DNA of 32,000 nt. It comes from Nanobdella aerobiophila (lineage in GTDB: Archaea; Nanobdellota; Nanobdellia; Nanobdellales; Nanobdellaceae). The stretch covers positions 600,001-632,000 of the forward strand of contig NZ_AP019769.1 in assembly GCF_023169545.1 (NCBI RefSeq). Reading direction: 5' to 3'. Under the pieces are notes generated by a model, which saw only the letters and a program-made list of their open reading frames with translations, searched no databases and was not told the origin of the DNA. Position 1 is the first letter of the stretch. The number at the start of each line of letters is the position of its first letter. Below are positions 15,215 through 24,729 of the stretch, in pieces. Both the position numbers and the translations under genes were made by a program.

Positions 15215-16369
15215 TTATTCAAAAATAAATTTTTTTATTGCTAAGCTTTCGGCATAATCATCTGGATCTGAAGTTAATATATATCCAATAGATACTTCAT
15301 GTAATCTATGACCCGCTCTACCAACTCTTTGTAAAAATCTGGATACCTGCCTAGGAGAATTATATTGTACTATTGCATCTACAGATCCTATATCTATACC
15401 CATCTCTAAAGAGGATGTAGCTATAATAGCTTTTAATTTTCCTTCTTTAAATAATCTTTCATTTCTCTCTCTAACTTCTCTTGATAAGGAACTATGATGT
15501 ATTTCTATAGGATATTTTGGTATCCATACTTTAAATCTAGATACTAACATCTCTGCAGCCTCTCTAGTATTAACAAATATTATCACAGATTTATGATTAT
15601 CTATTATTTCTTTCATTTTCCTTAATGTCCATGCAATTTTTGGATTCCAATTATACCTTCTTGCTAATTCATAATCTTCTTCTTCAATATTTGGATATAG
15701 TACATCTATTTTATATTTTTTCTCTGCATACCAATATGATATATCATAATTTCTATATCCAAATAAAAATTTTGCAGCTTCTTCTAGATCTCCTATTGTT
15801 GCAGATAACCCTATTCTTTGAAATTCGCCTGAATAATTTACTAGTCTTTCTAATCCTAATGATAATTGTACTCCTCTCTTTTCATTTAATAATTCATGTA
15901 ATTCATCTACTATAACAAATTTTACTGTTTTCAATTGTTCTCTTAATCTTTTACCCATAAATAATATTTGAAATGTTTCTGGAGTTGTAATTAAAAAATT
16001 TGGAGGTTTTCTTGCCAATTTATTCCTATCTTTATTTTCTGTATCACCATGTCTTAAAGCTACAGTTATATTAAGATTATCACCCCACCATTTTATTCTA
16101 TCTAGTAGATCTCTATTTAATGCTCTTAATGGAGTAATATATATTCCATATAATTTATCATAAGGATCTTTATCTTTTAAATCTAAAATCTTAGAAAATA
16201 TAGGTAATATTGAGGCTTCACTTTTTCCACTTCCAGTAGGTGCAACAACTAATACATTTTTATTCTCTAATATCTTTGGAATAGCTAATTTTTGTATAGA
16301 ATTAAAATCTGGAAATCTTTTATAGAATAAATCTAATATTTCTTTCCTTAATTTTATATCATTATTCAT
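15215..16369 (-). CDS. lhr: Lhr-type superfamily 2 helicase, RecA1+RecA2 core only (C-terminal winged-helix/domain 4 absent)
   Basis: Motifs: APTGSGKSEA (I), YITPLRALNRD (Ia, Lhr-like), LRHGDT, LITTPETF, VDELHELLNEKRGVQLSLGLERL (II plus the Lhr signature), GLSATIG (III), QRVGRAGH (VI). The protein ends about 35 aa after motif VI. Confidence 0.85.
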   Translation of the reverse strand: MNNDIKLRKEILDLFYKRFPDFNSIQKLAIPKILENKNVLVVAPTGSGKSEASILPIFSKILDLKDKDPYDKLYGIYITPLRALNRDLLDRIKWWGDNLNITVALRHGDTENKDRNKLARKPPNFLITTPETFQILFMGKRLREQLKTVKFVIVDELHELLNEKRGVQLSLGLERLVNYSGEFQRIGLSATIGDLEEAAKFLFGYRNYDISYWYAEKKYKIDVLYPNIEEEDYELARRYNWNPKIAWTLRKMKEIIDNHKSVIIFVNTREAAEMLVSRFKVWIPKYPIEIHHSSLSREVRERNERLFKEGKLKAIIATSSLEMGIDIGSVDAIVQYNSPRQVSRFLQRVGRAGHRLHEVSIGYILTSDPDDYAESLAIKKFIFE

Positions 16370-16385
16370 TATTTTATATATTTGA

Positions 16386-17057
16386 TTAAGAATATAATTC
16401 TTTCTCTTCTATTAATATACCATCAAGAGTATAAACTTCGTACCTTTCTATACTATCCGCTAATGGTGTTTGAAAAGATCCTGTATCATATACTCCAGTT
16501 AAATCAGAGAAAGTAGGAAGAAATATTATATTATAATCTTTTTTATAAGCAAAAACAAAAACTTTTTCATATATTACTTCACCTATTGAGGTTCTAATAC
16601 TTTTTGCAAAGTGGTGATGTCCCAATACATAATATTTTCCTTTTAATTTTGGTTTTAAATGACCATGTGTAAAAACAATATTTTTATATCTTAATTCCTT
16701 AATTACTTTCACATTATTTATATCTGGAATTAGTTCTTCCAAATCTCCATCATGATTTCCTTTAACTAGATATATTTTTTTAAATAGATAAGATAACTCA
16801 TTTACAAAGTCAGGTATTTCTGATATTTCCTGTAAAGAAGTTTTTGGAATATTATGCTTAAAATCTCCATCAATTATCAAATATTTTGGTTTATATCTAT
16901 CATATATTTTCTTTATTTTACTAAATATATATTTCGATTGGGATGGTATATATATTCCATTTAAAGATAATTCTTTTTCTATACCTAAATGTAAATCCGA
17001 TATACATAAAATCTTCTTATAAAAAATTAATCCTTCTGTATTCGTAAATTCAAGCAT
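16386..17057 (-). CDS. Binuclear metallophosphoesterase (MJ0037/MPE family, Lhr-associated)
   Basis: Calcineurin-fold motifs are present: SDLHLG, DGDFKH, GNHD, FTHGH, GHHH. It lies directly upstream of lhr on the same strand. Confidence 0.85.
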   Translation of the reverse strand: MLEFTNTEGLIFYKKILCISDLHLGIEKELSLNGIYIPSQSKYIFSKIKKIYDRYKPKYLIIDGDFKHNIPKTSLQEISEIPDFVNELSYLFKKIYLVKGNHDGDLEELIPDINNVKVIKELRYKNIVFTHGHLKPKLKGKYYVLGHHHFAKSIRTSIGEVIYEKVFVFAYKKDYNIIFLPTFSDLTGVYDTGSFQTPLADSIERYEVYTLDGILIEEKELYS

Positions 17058-17394
17058 TAATTATTATTGATCTTATCTGATTTATATCTACAGCGTTTTT
17101 TATTTTATTCTTTAGTTCCTCATATTTACTTCTATCTTCCAACAATAATACAATATCGCCAATTGCCTGACCTGGTAATCCTTTTCTAAATCTGGCCCTT
17201 ACATGACCTTTATTACCATGTATATCGACAATTTTACCTAGAAATATTTTTTTACCAGAACTTACCCAAATAATTCTCTTACCAATTAAATTCTTTGCTT
17301 TATATTTATCATTAATATCCTCAAATCTTACAATTATATGATTTTGATATATTCTATGTCTTCCCATTCTATAATTTATAATTATACCCTTCAT
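17050..17394 (-). CDS. rpl35ae: Ribosomal protein L35Ae (eL33) with a roughly 30-aa C-terminal extension
   Basis: The sequence is GIIINYRMGRHRIYQNHIIVRF...LIGKRIIWVSSGKKIFLGKIVDIHGNKGHVRARFRKGLPGQAIGD. The HG..G.VRARF...LP signature is characteristic. Confidence 0.9.
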   Translation of the reverse strand: MKGIIINYRMGRHRIYQNHIIVRFEDINDKYKAKNLIGKRIIWVSSGKKIFLGKIVDIHGNKGHVRARFRKGLPGQAIGDIVLLLEDRSKYEELKNKIKNAVDINQIRSIIINA

Positions 17395-17424
17395 CTTAAT
17401 AATAATTACAAAAATATTAAAAAA

Positions 17425-19152
17425 TTATTTGGTTATAGAGTATAACTTAAATATTTTATTAAAAACATCTATAACCTTATTATCTATATGTTCTATACCA
17501 CTATTATTAATCTCATTCAATATTTGGGATCTATAATTTATATCATTTATGCTGCCCGTCTTTTCACCATTATAATTGTATATTTCTGTTACACCTTCGG
17601 ATACTAAATATATCTTATCTTTTGTTATATATAGATCATATGACTTGTTTAAATTATTATCTATTAGAGTATACTTGTACTTTATAATTAATTCTTCTTT
17701 CTTATTTTCTATTATATCCCTCAATAATCGTGTATAATATATTATTTGTTCCTTGAATTTTTCCATTTCTATCAAATCAAATTTTTTATCCTTGAATTTA
17801 TTTATATTATCTTCTAGAGATTTTATATTATTATATTCTACAGATATATTATTATTTACATAATCCATAAATGGTTGATTATATAATAATTTAAATTCCT
17901 CCTTCAATTTTTCATATTCTGCAATATAATTATCTATTAATTTCTTTTCATTATCTTTATCTATTATATTCTTTAAATTCTTCATCTGAGATACAAACTT
18001 TTCTGCTATATTAAATACATTTATTAGATCTTCATATTTATATTCAGAGATTAATCCATGTTCGAAATCCTTCCTCATCTTCCATACAAGTTCTAAATCA
18101 TCTATATATTTTTTCTCTAGTAAGTTTTTTTCTACAAATATCTTTCTCAGATATTCCGGAGTTTCTTTCGGATCTGGAGGTAATATACCATAATCCATTA
18201 TAACAGATTGTGCAGCAGTAACCATGGAAACAGCTAGATCTTCAATTATAAGATTATTTATAGTATTTTTTAATTTATTTCTTGCTTCATTAATCGAATT
18301 TTCGGCCAAAGTTATATATTTATCAGAAGATTCCCTAGATGGCTTTATTATCCCTTTTGATAATAATTGTTTCCATGCTATAAACATACCCCTATCATAT
18401 AATGCAATACCATCCCTTAAAAATGTAATAATTACAGGATTTGATTCTGATAGTGCTAGCCAATATTCAGTTAATGTATATACTTGTGGATGTAATACCT
18501 TTTTTGATCCTGTCAATAATCTTGATTCTACTGCCTTTTCTGTAATTGTTGTAATTAATTTCGCCTTTAATTCCTCAAAGGTATGTTGCTTTACATCTGT
18601 ATCATCAATTACGACATATACATCAATATCTGAAGATTCTACACTTCTTCCCTTTACTTGCGACCCTGCCAATACATAAGCTACAACATATTTTTGTAAT
18701 AAATATAATATCAACCTCTTATGAACTGCGGTTAATTTTACTATTTCTAAAAATCCTTTGTCATACAATACATCTCCTAAAGATAATAGATCTAATAATT
18801 CAAACTTTGAATCCATTGATATATTTTTTATATCATCTATTAACAGTATATGCAACCAAATATCTAATTTATTGCTTTTTATCAAATCTAAATATTTGGC
18901 ACTAAATTCTGCCTTTAATTTCAATTTTTCTTCAGGTTTTAGATCAAAATCTGACAATATAACAATCCAATGTTTATAAGATTCTATTTCCTTTTTGTAT
19001 TTCTCTAATGATTCTTCATTAAATATAACTGTACTATAACTCATTAAATTTTTTAATAACTCAATTATATCTTCTTTCTTCTCCTTTATCTCCTCTATAG
19101 ACAATATTCTATCCTTATATTCTCCATTCAATATACTTTCTTTTAAATCCAT
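17425..19152 (-). CDS. Fused nucleotidyltransferase (Pol-beta superfamily)-HEPN protein with extra N- and C-terminal domains
   Basis: The NTase motif is LAGSQVKGRSVESSDIDVYVVIDD (GS...G...D.D). A downstream helical domain carries MRKDFEH, matching the HEPN R-x4-H motif. A degenerate NTase-like unit lies upstream, and about 180 aa of unassigned sequence lies C-terminal. Confidence 0.65.
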   Translation of the reverse strand: MDLKESILNGEYKDRILSIEEIKEKKEDIIELLKNLMSYSTVIFNEESLEKYKKEIESYKHWIVILSDFDLKPEEKLKLKAEFSAKYLDLIKSNKLDIWLHILLIDDIKNISMDSKFELLDLLSLGDVLYDKGFLEIVKLTAVHKRLILYLLQKYVVAYVLAGSQVKGRSVESSDIDVYVVIDDTDVKQHTFEELKAKLITTITEKAVESRLLTGSKKVLHPQVYTLTEYWLALSESNPVIITFLRDGIALYDRGMFIAWKQLLSKGIIKPSRESSDKYITLAENSINEARNKLKNTINNLIIEDLAVSMVTAAQSVIMDYGILPPDPKETPEYLRKIFVEKNLLEKKYIDDLELVWKMRKDFEHGLISEYKYEDLINVFNIAEKFVSQMKNLKNIIDKDNEKKLIDNYIAEYEKLKEEFKLLYNQPFMDYVNNNISVEYNNIKSLEDNINKFKDKKFDLIEMEKFKEQIIYYTRLLRDIIENKKEELIIKYKYTLIDNNLNKSYDLYITKDKIYLVSEGVTEIYNYNGEKTGSINDINYRSQILNEINNSGIEHIDNKVIDVFNKIFKLYSITK

Positions 19153-19174
19153 CCCATATATTTAAAAATTATAC

Positions 19175-19696
19175 TTATATTCTTTTTTTAAACCAAATTT
19201 CATATCTTGAATAGTCCTTATCTTCCTTTTTATCTTCTTTCTTTTCTTCTTTTTTCTCTTCTTTATACAAATATTGTTGACTTAGACTAACCAACCCTTC
19301 CTTTACATACCTAGATAATAATTCTAGACCTTGTGGATCTTCTTTATATTTCTTTAAATAGAAATTTATATTATCTTCCTTATATCTAGGAATTATTTGT
19401 ATAACAATATGCGTACTATTTGTCTTTGTATTCCCAGAAGATAATAATAAATTCATTCCATCATATTTTAAATTATTTTTCAATATAAATGAAATATATT
19501 TTGCTATAGTAAATAATTTTTGATTTATAATATCATTCAAATTTTCAAATTCCTCTAGGTGCATCTTTGGAAATACCAACACAGATCCTTTCGAAGGTGG
19601 ATATATATCTAGTACTGCTATTATATCATTATCTTCATATAATGTATAAGAAGGCAATATTTTATTTGCAATCTTACAATATATACAATCGTCCAT
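19175..19696 (-). CDS. HIT-family protein with a degenerate histidine triad and a KE-rich tail
   Basis: The HIT opening is CIYCKI...YEDNDIIAVLDIYPPSKGSVLVFPKMH. The triad region reads THIVIQIIPRY where HxHxHxxPR is expected. The tail is KEEKKEEKKEDKKEDKD. Confidence 0.75.
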   Translation of the reverse strand: MDDCIYCKIANKILPSYTLYEDNDIIAVLDIYPPSKGSVLVFPKMHLEEFENLNDIINQKLFTIAKYISFILKNNLKYDGMNLLLSSGNTKTNSTHIVIQIIPRYKEDNINFYLKKYKEDPQGLELLSRYVKEGLVSLSQQYLYKEEKKEEKKEDKKEDKDYSRYEIWFKKRI

Positions 19697-19729
19697 AAAC
19701 TTAATAATATATATATTATTTATTAATTT

Positions 19730-20707
19730 ATGAATATTATATTTTATGTATTCATAGCAATACTAATACCATTATTGTTATACGCTTTTGTAATATATCT
19801 TTCCGAAAATATACTATTAAAATATGTAGAAAAATATTCTAAATACTATTCTTCATGGCCAAAATATTATTTATTAGTATATACTGCTGGTATTGCCTCT
19901 GCTCTACAATCATTCTTACCAGGATTATTAGTGGATATACTAGGAAAAGCTAAACTAGCCTTTTATTTCCAATTATACAATGTAGCCTTAGATTATACAG
20001 TAACATTAGGAACATTTATACTGGCATTTAATTTTAATAAAGGGATAATAGATAAAAATTTACTAGTATATATAACAATATCATATATATTAGAATTAAT
20101 ATTTTTATCTACTAAGGTAATAACGTATTTTGATGGTATAATATTGTATTTATCATTTATAATAATGTCCATAATAATATTTTATAAGTACAGAACAAAA
20201 AAGGAGAAAATTGAATATAAAGAAGAGAATAGTTTATATAGTTATTTCAAAGCATTGGTTTATACATTAGAGATAGGACTTGCGGTATCTTTAATATATG
20301 TTGGAGGTAATGTATTAAATAATATATCAAATACTTTATCCAATCTTGGTTTTTCTATACCGCTAATCGGCTTTTTAATTGCTATAATATTATTTACATT
20401 ACCCGATATAATATATGGACATTTGAGTTGGTTCAAAGAAAAGGACTTAAATACTAGTATAGCATCAATAACGGGAGAAGAGATAAGCGAATTTACAATC
20501 TTTACTGGAATATTAGCAATGATACACCCTATAGTATTTACAAACATCGATGTTATACCTATAATATCTACAATGTCTATTATGTACGTATCTATTCTAA
20601 TTTTGTTCTTTTCTTCTTATAGAGGAAAGATACCAAGGTGGGTCGGCATTATATTAATAGTATTAGGACTTTTAATGGGTTTTGTAGATGGTATTGTAAA
20701 TATATAA
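19730..20707 (+). CDS. Polytopic membrane protein, possibly a CaCA (Na+/Ca2+ exchanger, YrbG)-like two-repeat transporter
   Basis: About 10 TM segments fall into two halves separated by a charged loop (YRTKKEKIEYKEEN). Weak echoes of CaCA alpha-repeats appear (GIASALQSFLPGL and IAIILFTLPDI versus GTSLPE). The functional call is tentative. Confidence 0.5.
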   Translation: MNIIFYVFIAILIPLLLYAFVIYLSENILLKYVEKYSKYYSSWPKYYLLVYTAGIASALQSFLPGLLVDILGKAKLAFYFQLYNVALDYTVTLGTFILAFNFNKGIIDKNLLVYITISYILELIFLSTKVITYFDGIILYLSFIIMSIIIFYKYRTKKEKIEYKEENSLYSYFKALVYTLEIGLAVSLIYVGGNVLNNISNTLSNLGFSIPLIGFLIAIILFTLPDIIYGHLSWFKEKDLNTSIASITGEEISEFTIFTGILAMIHPIVFTNIDVIPIISTMSIMYVSILILFFSSYRGKIPRWVGIILIVLGLLMGFVDGIVNI

Positions 20708-20742
20708 TAATTTAAAAAGCTTACTTATATTCTTCATAATAA

Positions 20743-20859
20743 ATGAAAAGAAGTTCAAGAAGATGGAAAAAATATTTAAGATCTAGATGGAAATGGCAAA
20801 GAAGGAGAATTAGAGAAGAAAAGAGGCTTAGAAAGGTTACTAGACTTAGGGCTTTATAA
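20743..20859 (+). CDS. rpl41e: Ribosomal protein L41e (eL41), 38 aa, below the ORF-track cutoff
   Basis: My own translation is MKRSSRRWKKYLRSRWKWQRRRIREEKRLRKVTRLRAL. It is extremely Arg/Lys-rich with the RWKW..RRIR core I recall from archaeal L41e. Confidence 0.8.
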   Translation: MKRSSRRWKKYLRSRWKWQRRRIREEKRLRKVTRLRAL

Positions 20860-20885
20860 AGGTTGTGGAAATAAGCTTTTAAATA
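20853..20885 (+). promoter_or_regulatory. Candidate 16S rRNA promoter region (two TATA-like boxes)
   Basis: TTTATAAA (20853-20860) and TTTTAAATA (20877-20885) lie upstream of the 16S leader. The second box sits about 21 nt before the leader hairpin (20906). AT-rich background makes this weak. Confidence 0.3.
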
Positions 20886-20905
20886 TTAAGATAAAATCTT
20901 TCTAA

Positions 20906-20962
20906 ATACCTATGTGGTGTAGTCCTATAGATCAATGATATAGGAAATCTGAACATAGGTAT
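20906..20962 (+). other. Structured element in the 16S 5' leader: 10-bp stem, symmetric 8x8 internal loop, 6-bp stem, 9-nt loop
   Basis: AUACCUAUGU (20906-20915) pairs perfectly with ACAUAGGUAU (20953-20962). CCUAUA (20924-20929) pairs with UAUAGG (20939-20944). The internal loop is GGUGUAGU opposite AAAUCUGA. The apical loop is GAUCAAUGA, with GA...GA facing each other. Confidence 0.35.
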
Positions 20963-20994
20963 AAAAGATGTAGAGATAATCTGAAAAAGGGATA

Positions 20995-21008
20995 ATTGTA
21001 GTGGAATT
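20995..21008 (+). repeat. 5' arm of the 16S-flanking inverted repeat (pre-rRNA processing stem)
   Basis: ATTGTAGTGGAATT (20995-21008) is complementary to AATTCTACTACAAT (22544-22557): 14 bp with one G-U. Confidence 0.6.
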
Positions 21009-21055
21009 AGCGGTCATACTTCTTGGGTTAAAGCCCACGGTGGTGATCCACCGAA

Positions 21056-22536
<1,481 letters not shown>

Positions 22537-22543
22537 TAGTTAA

Positions 22544-22557
22544 AATTCTACTACAAT
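22544..22557 (+). repeat. 3' arm of the 16S-flanking inverted repeat (processing stem)
   Basis: AATTCTACTACAAT is complementary to 20995-21008 and lies only 7 nt after the GGATC end of the 16S. Confidence 0.6.
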
Positions 22558-22587
22558 CCCTAAATTTCTTTCTTATAATATTTTTCT

Positions 22588-23796
22588 ATGTTCGAAATAA
22601 AATCAAAAGATGGTGCTGGCAGGATTGGAATACTAAAATATAAAAATAAAAAATTAGAAACTCCATTAATATTACCAGTAATAAATCCAAAAAATATGAT
22701 ATTACCTATAGAAAAGATAAAAAAGTACAATATTAATGCTTTAATCACTAATGCATATATTTTATACAAAAATAAATATAATGACGATATACATAAAATA
22801 TTAGATTTTGATGGGATAATAGAAACAGACTCAGGATCATATCAGATGCTTCATTATAAAAAAGAATTAAATATAAACAATATAGATATAATAAATTATC
22901 AATTAAAAATAAATTCTGATATAATTAATGTATTAGATATACCTACGGATATAGATAAAAATCATGAAGAAGCAGAAAATGAATTAAATATAACTATTGA
23001 AAGAATAAAAGAAGGAATAAATAATAAAAAAGATAAATTAATTAATGGAGCTATACAAGGAGGAATATATAAAGATTTAAGAAAAAAATCTGCTGAAATC
23101 GTATCAAAATTAGAAGTAGATATATTCGCAATAGGAACTATAGTACCATTTATGATAAATTATAAATTTGACAAGTTATTTGAACTAATTATTGAACCAA
23201 AAATTTATTTACCATTTAATAAACCTGTACATTTATTCGGTTTAGGACACACATTAACAATACCATTATCAGTATACATAGGCGCAGATATATTCGACTC
23301 TGCATCATATATATTATATGCTAAAGATAGGAGAATTATAACACCTTTCGGTACATTTAGATATAATGAATTAAAAAATTTCTATATAGAAACAAAAAAT
23401 AATATTTATCATATTGAAGAATTAAAAGATTATAATGATAATGAATTAACAAGTATTTTAGCAGAACATAATTTATATATGCTAGTAAAAGAAATAGAAA
23501 CATTAAAAGATGCTATAAAAAACCAATATTTAACTGATCTAGTAATAATAAAGGCTCATTCACATTTTTCAATATATAAGGCTACTAAATTCATTCTTGA
23601 AAAATATTATGATTATTTAAAATATTTAGAACCTATAAGAAAAAGATCTGGGATATTTTATGATGGAGACTTTAATGATTTAAGAGTAGATGTAAAAAGA
23701 GCAATGGAAAGATTAAAAGAAAGAGTAGATCCAAAAGATATAGAATATATATATGATTATGTTTATCCTTTTAATTCATTAAAAAATATAAAATGA
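22588..23796 (+). CDS. tgtA: Archaeosine tRNA-guanine transglycosylase, catalytic domain only (no C1/C2/PUA domains)
   Basis: MFEIKSKDGAGRIGILKYKNKKLETPLILPVINPK, ETDSGSYQ, VHLFGLGH and DIFDSASYILYAKDRR are collinear with my memory of P. horikoshii ArcTGT. The protein ends at ...YVYPFNS, near where the Pyrococcus catalytic domain ends (TYPFAQS). Confidence 0.85.
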   Translation: MFEIKSKDGAGRIGILKYKNKKLETPLILPVINPKNMILPIEKIKKYNINALITNAYILYKNKYNDDIHKILDFDGIIETDSGSYQMLHYKKELNINNIDIINYQLKINSDIINVLDIPTDIDKNHEEAENELNITIERIKEGINNKKDKLINGAIQGGIYKDLRKKSAEIVSKLEVDIFAIGTIVPFMINYKFDKLFELIIEPKIYLPFNKPVHLFGLGHTLTIPLSVYIGADIFDSASYILYAKDRRIITPFGTFRYNELKNFYIETKNNIYHIEELKDYNDNELTSILAEHNLYMLVKEIETLKDAIKNQYLTDLVIIKAHSHFSIYKATKFILEKYYDYLKYLEPIRKRSGIFYDGDFNDLRVDVKRAMERLKERVDPKDIEYIYDYVYPFNSLKNIK

Positions 23797-24293
23797 ATAT
23801 ATATGAGAAATATTTAAAATCTGAAATTAGAAAATCGAAAAAATTTAAGAAAAATAACACTATTAACATTATTTCTGTAAAATCAAATACCAAAAACTTT
23901 TCTATAGATATATTAAATAAATTAAATAATAAACATAATATAGGATATAAAATAATATTAAAAGAATATAATAATATTGAAGATATTATACTAGAAAAAG
24001 ATAGTATAATTATATTACCAATAGAAGGTGTATTCTTATCATTTTTAATATATAATTACAATAAAGAAGAAAAATATAAATATCTGATTACAAAAAATAA
24101 TGAATATATTTTTAATATTGGATATGATATATCTGAATATTATATATCGAAAATAAATAATTTAGAACCTGTATTTTTTACAGAAAAATATAAAAATATA
24201 CTAAAATTTATATATGATACAGTATCTTTAAAAGAAAAATATGTATTCGGTATTAAAAATACTTTAGAATACCTATCAAGATATTATTTATAA
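23793..24293 (+). CDS. Hypothetical protein translationally coupled to tgtA
   Basis: It has an ATGA overlap with the tgtA stop. It is 166 aa, Asn/Lys/Ile-rich, with no confident motif. Confidence 0.5.
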   Translation: MNIYEKYLKSEIRKSKKFKKNNTINIISVKSNTKNFSIDILNKLNNKHNIGYKIILKEYNNIEDIILEKDSIIILPIEGVFLSFLIYNYNKEEKYKYLITKNNEYIFNIGYDISEYYISKINNLEPVFFTEKYKNILKFIYDTVSLKEKYVFGIKNTLEYLSRYYL

Positions 24294-24295
24294 AA
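24287..24295 (+). promoter_or_regulatory. TATA-like box about 26 nt upstream of the rps19 ATG (leaderless-type spacing)
   Basis: TTTATAAAA (24287-24295) is centred about 26 nt before the ATG at 24317. No GGAGG-like element lies in between. Confidence 0.3.
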
Positions 24296-24316
24296 TTTAT
24301 ACATTAAATTATTATA

Positions 24317-24727
24317 ATGTCTGAATTCATGCTAAGAGGATATAAAATTGATGAATTAAGAAATATGTCCATTAAAGAATTTGCTGAGAAAGTTGCAGAT
24401 AGTAGAGTAAGAAGAACATTATTAAGAAGATTAAAATTGGGTTTTCCAGTAGAATGGGAGAACTTTTACAGAAAATGCTATTTACAAAAAGAAGGTAAAT
24501 ATAAGAAAACTGTTAGAACACACGCAAGAGAAATAATAATATTACCATTTATGCTAGGAACAAGAATAGGCGTACATAATGGAAAAGAATTTGTAGAATT
24601 AGAAATAAAAGAAAATATGATAGGAAGAAGAGTGGGAGAATTCGTATTTACAACAAAGAAAGTTCAACATTCCAATCCAGGTATTGGTGCTTCTAAATCT
24701 TCTAGATTTATGAAAGCTAAAAAGTAA
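24317..24727 (+). CDS. rps19: Ribosomal protein S19 (uS19)
   Basis: Contains VRTHAREIIILPFMLGTRIGVHNGKEFVELEIKENMIGRRVGEFVFTTKKVQHSNPGIGASKSSRF, the classic uS19 core (RTH.R..II.P.M.G..IGV.NGK.F..V.I...MIG..LGEF). Confidence 0.92.
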   Translation: MSEFMLRGYKIDELRNMSIKEFAEKVADSRVRRTLLRRLKLGFPVEWENFYRKCYLQKEGKYKKTVRTHAREIIILPFMLGTRIGVHNGKEFVELEIKENMIGRRVGEFVFTTKKVQHSNPGIGASKSSRFMKAKK

Positions 24728-24729
24728 AA

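Noticed and set aside
20930-20985. C/D-box reading of the 16S leader (AAUGAUA ... CUGA ... AGAUGUA ... CUGA)
   Set aside because: Both putative guide spacers are only 8 nt where about 12 is expected, and both C-like boxes are degenerate. The CUGA at 20949-20952 is better explained as part of the internal loop of the leader hairpin.
21039-21055. GGUGAUCCACC just upstream of the 16S 5' end as a displaced anti-SD. The idea is that circular pre-16S processing would join the leader to the 3' trailer.
   Set aside because: The sequence is GAUCCACC, not GAUCACCUCC, and contains no CCUCC. It forms its own GGUGG/CCACC hairpin. The permuted-3'-end idea is pure speculation without RNA end data.
23793-24293. 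Degenerate PP-loop/QueC-like (archaeosine amidation) enzyme downstream of tgtA
   Set aside because: The only resemblance is ISVKSNTKN versus SGGxDS plus a vague later segment. The glycine-rich loop is absent, so I left the ORF as hypothetical.
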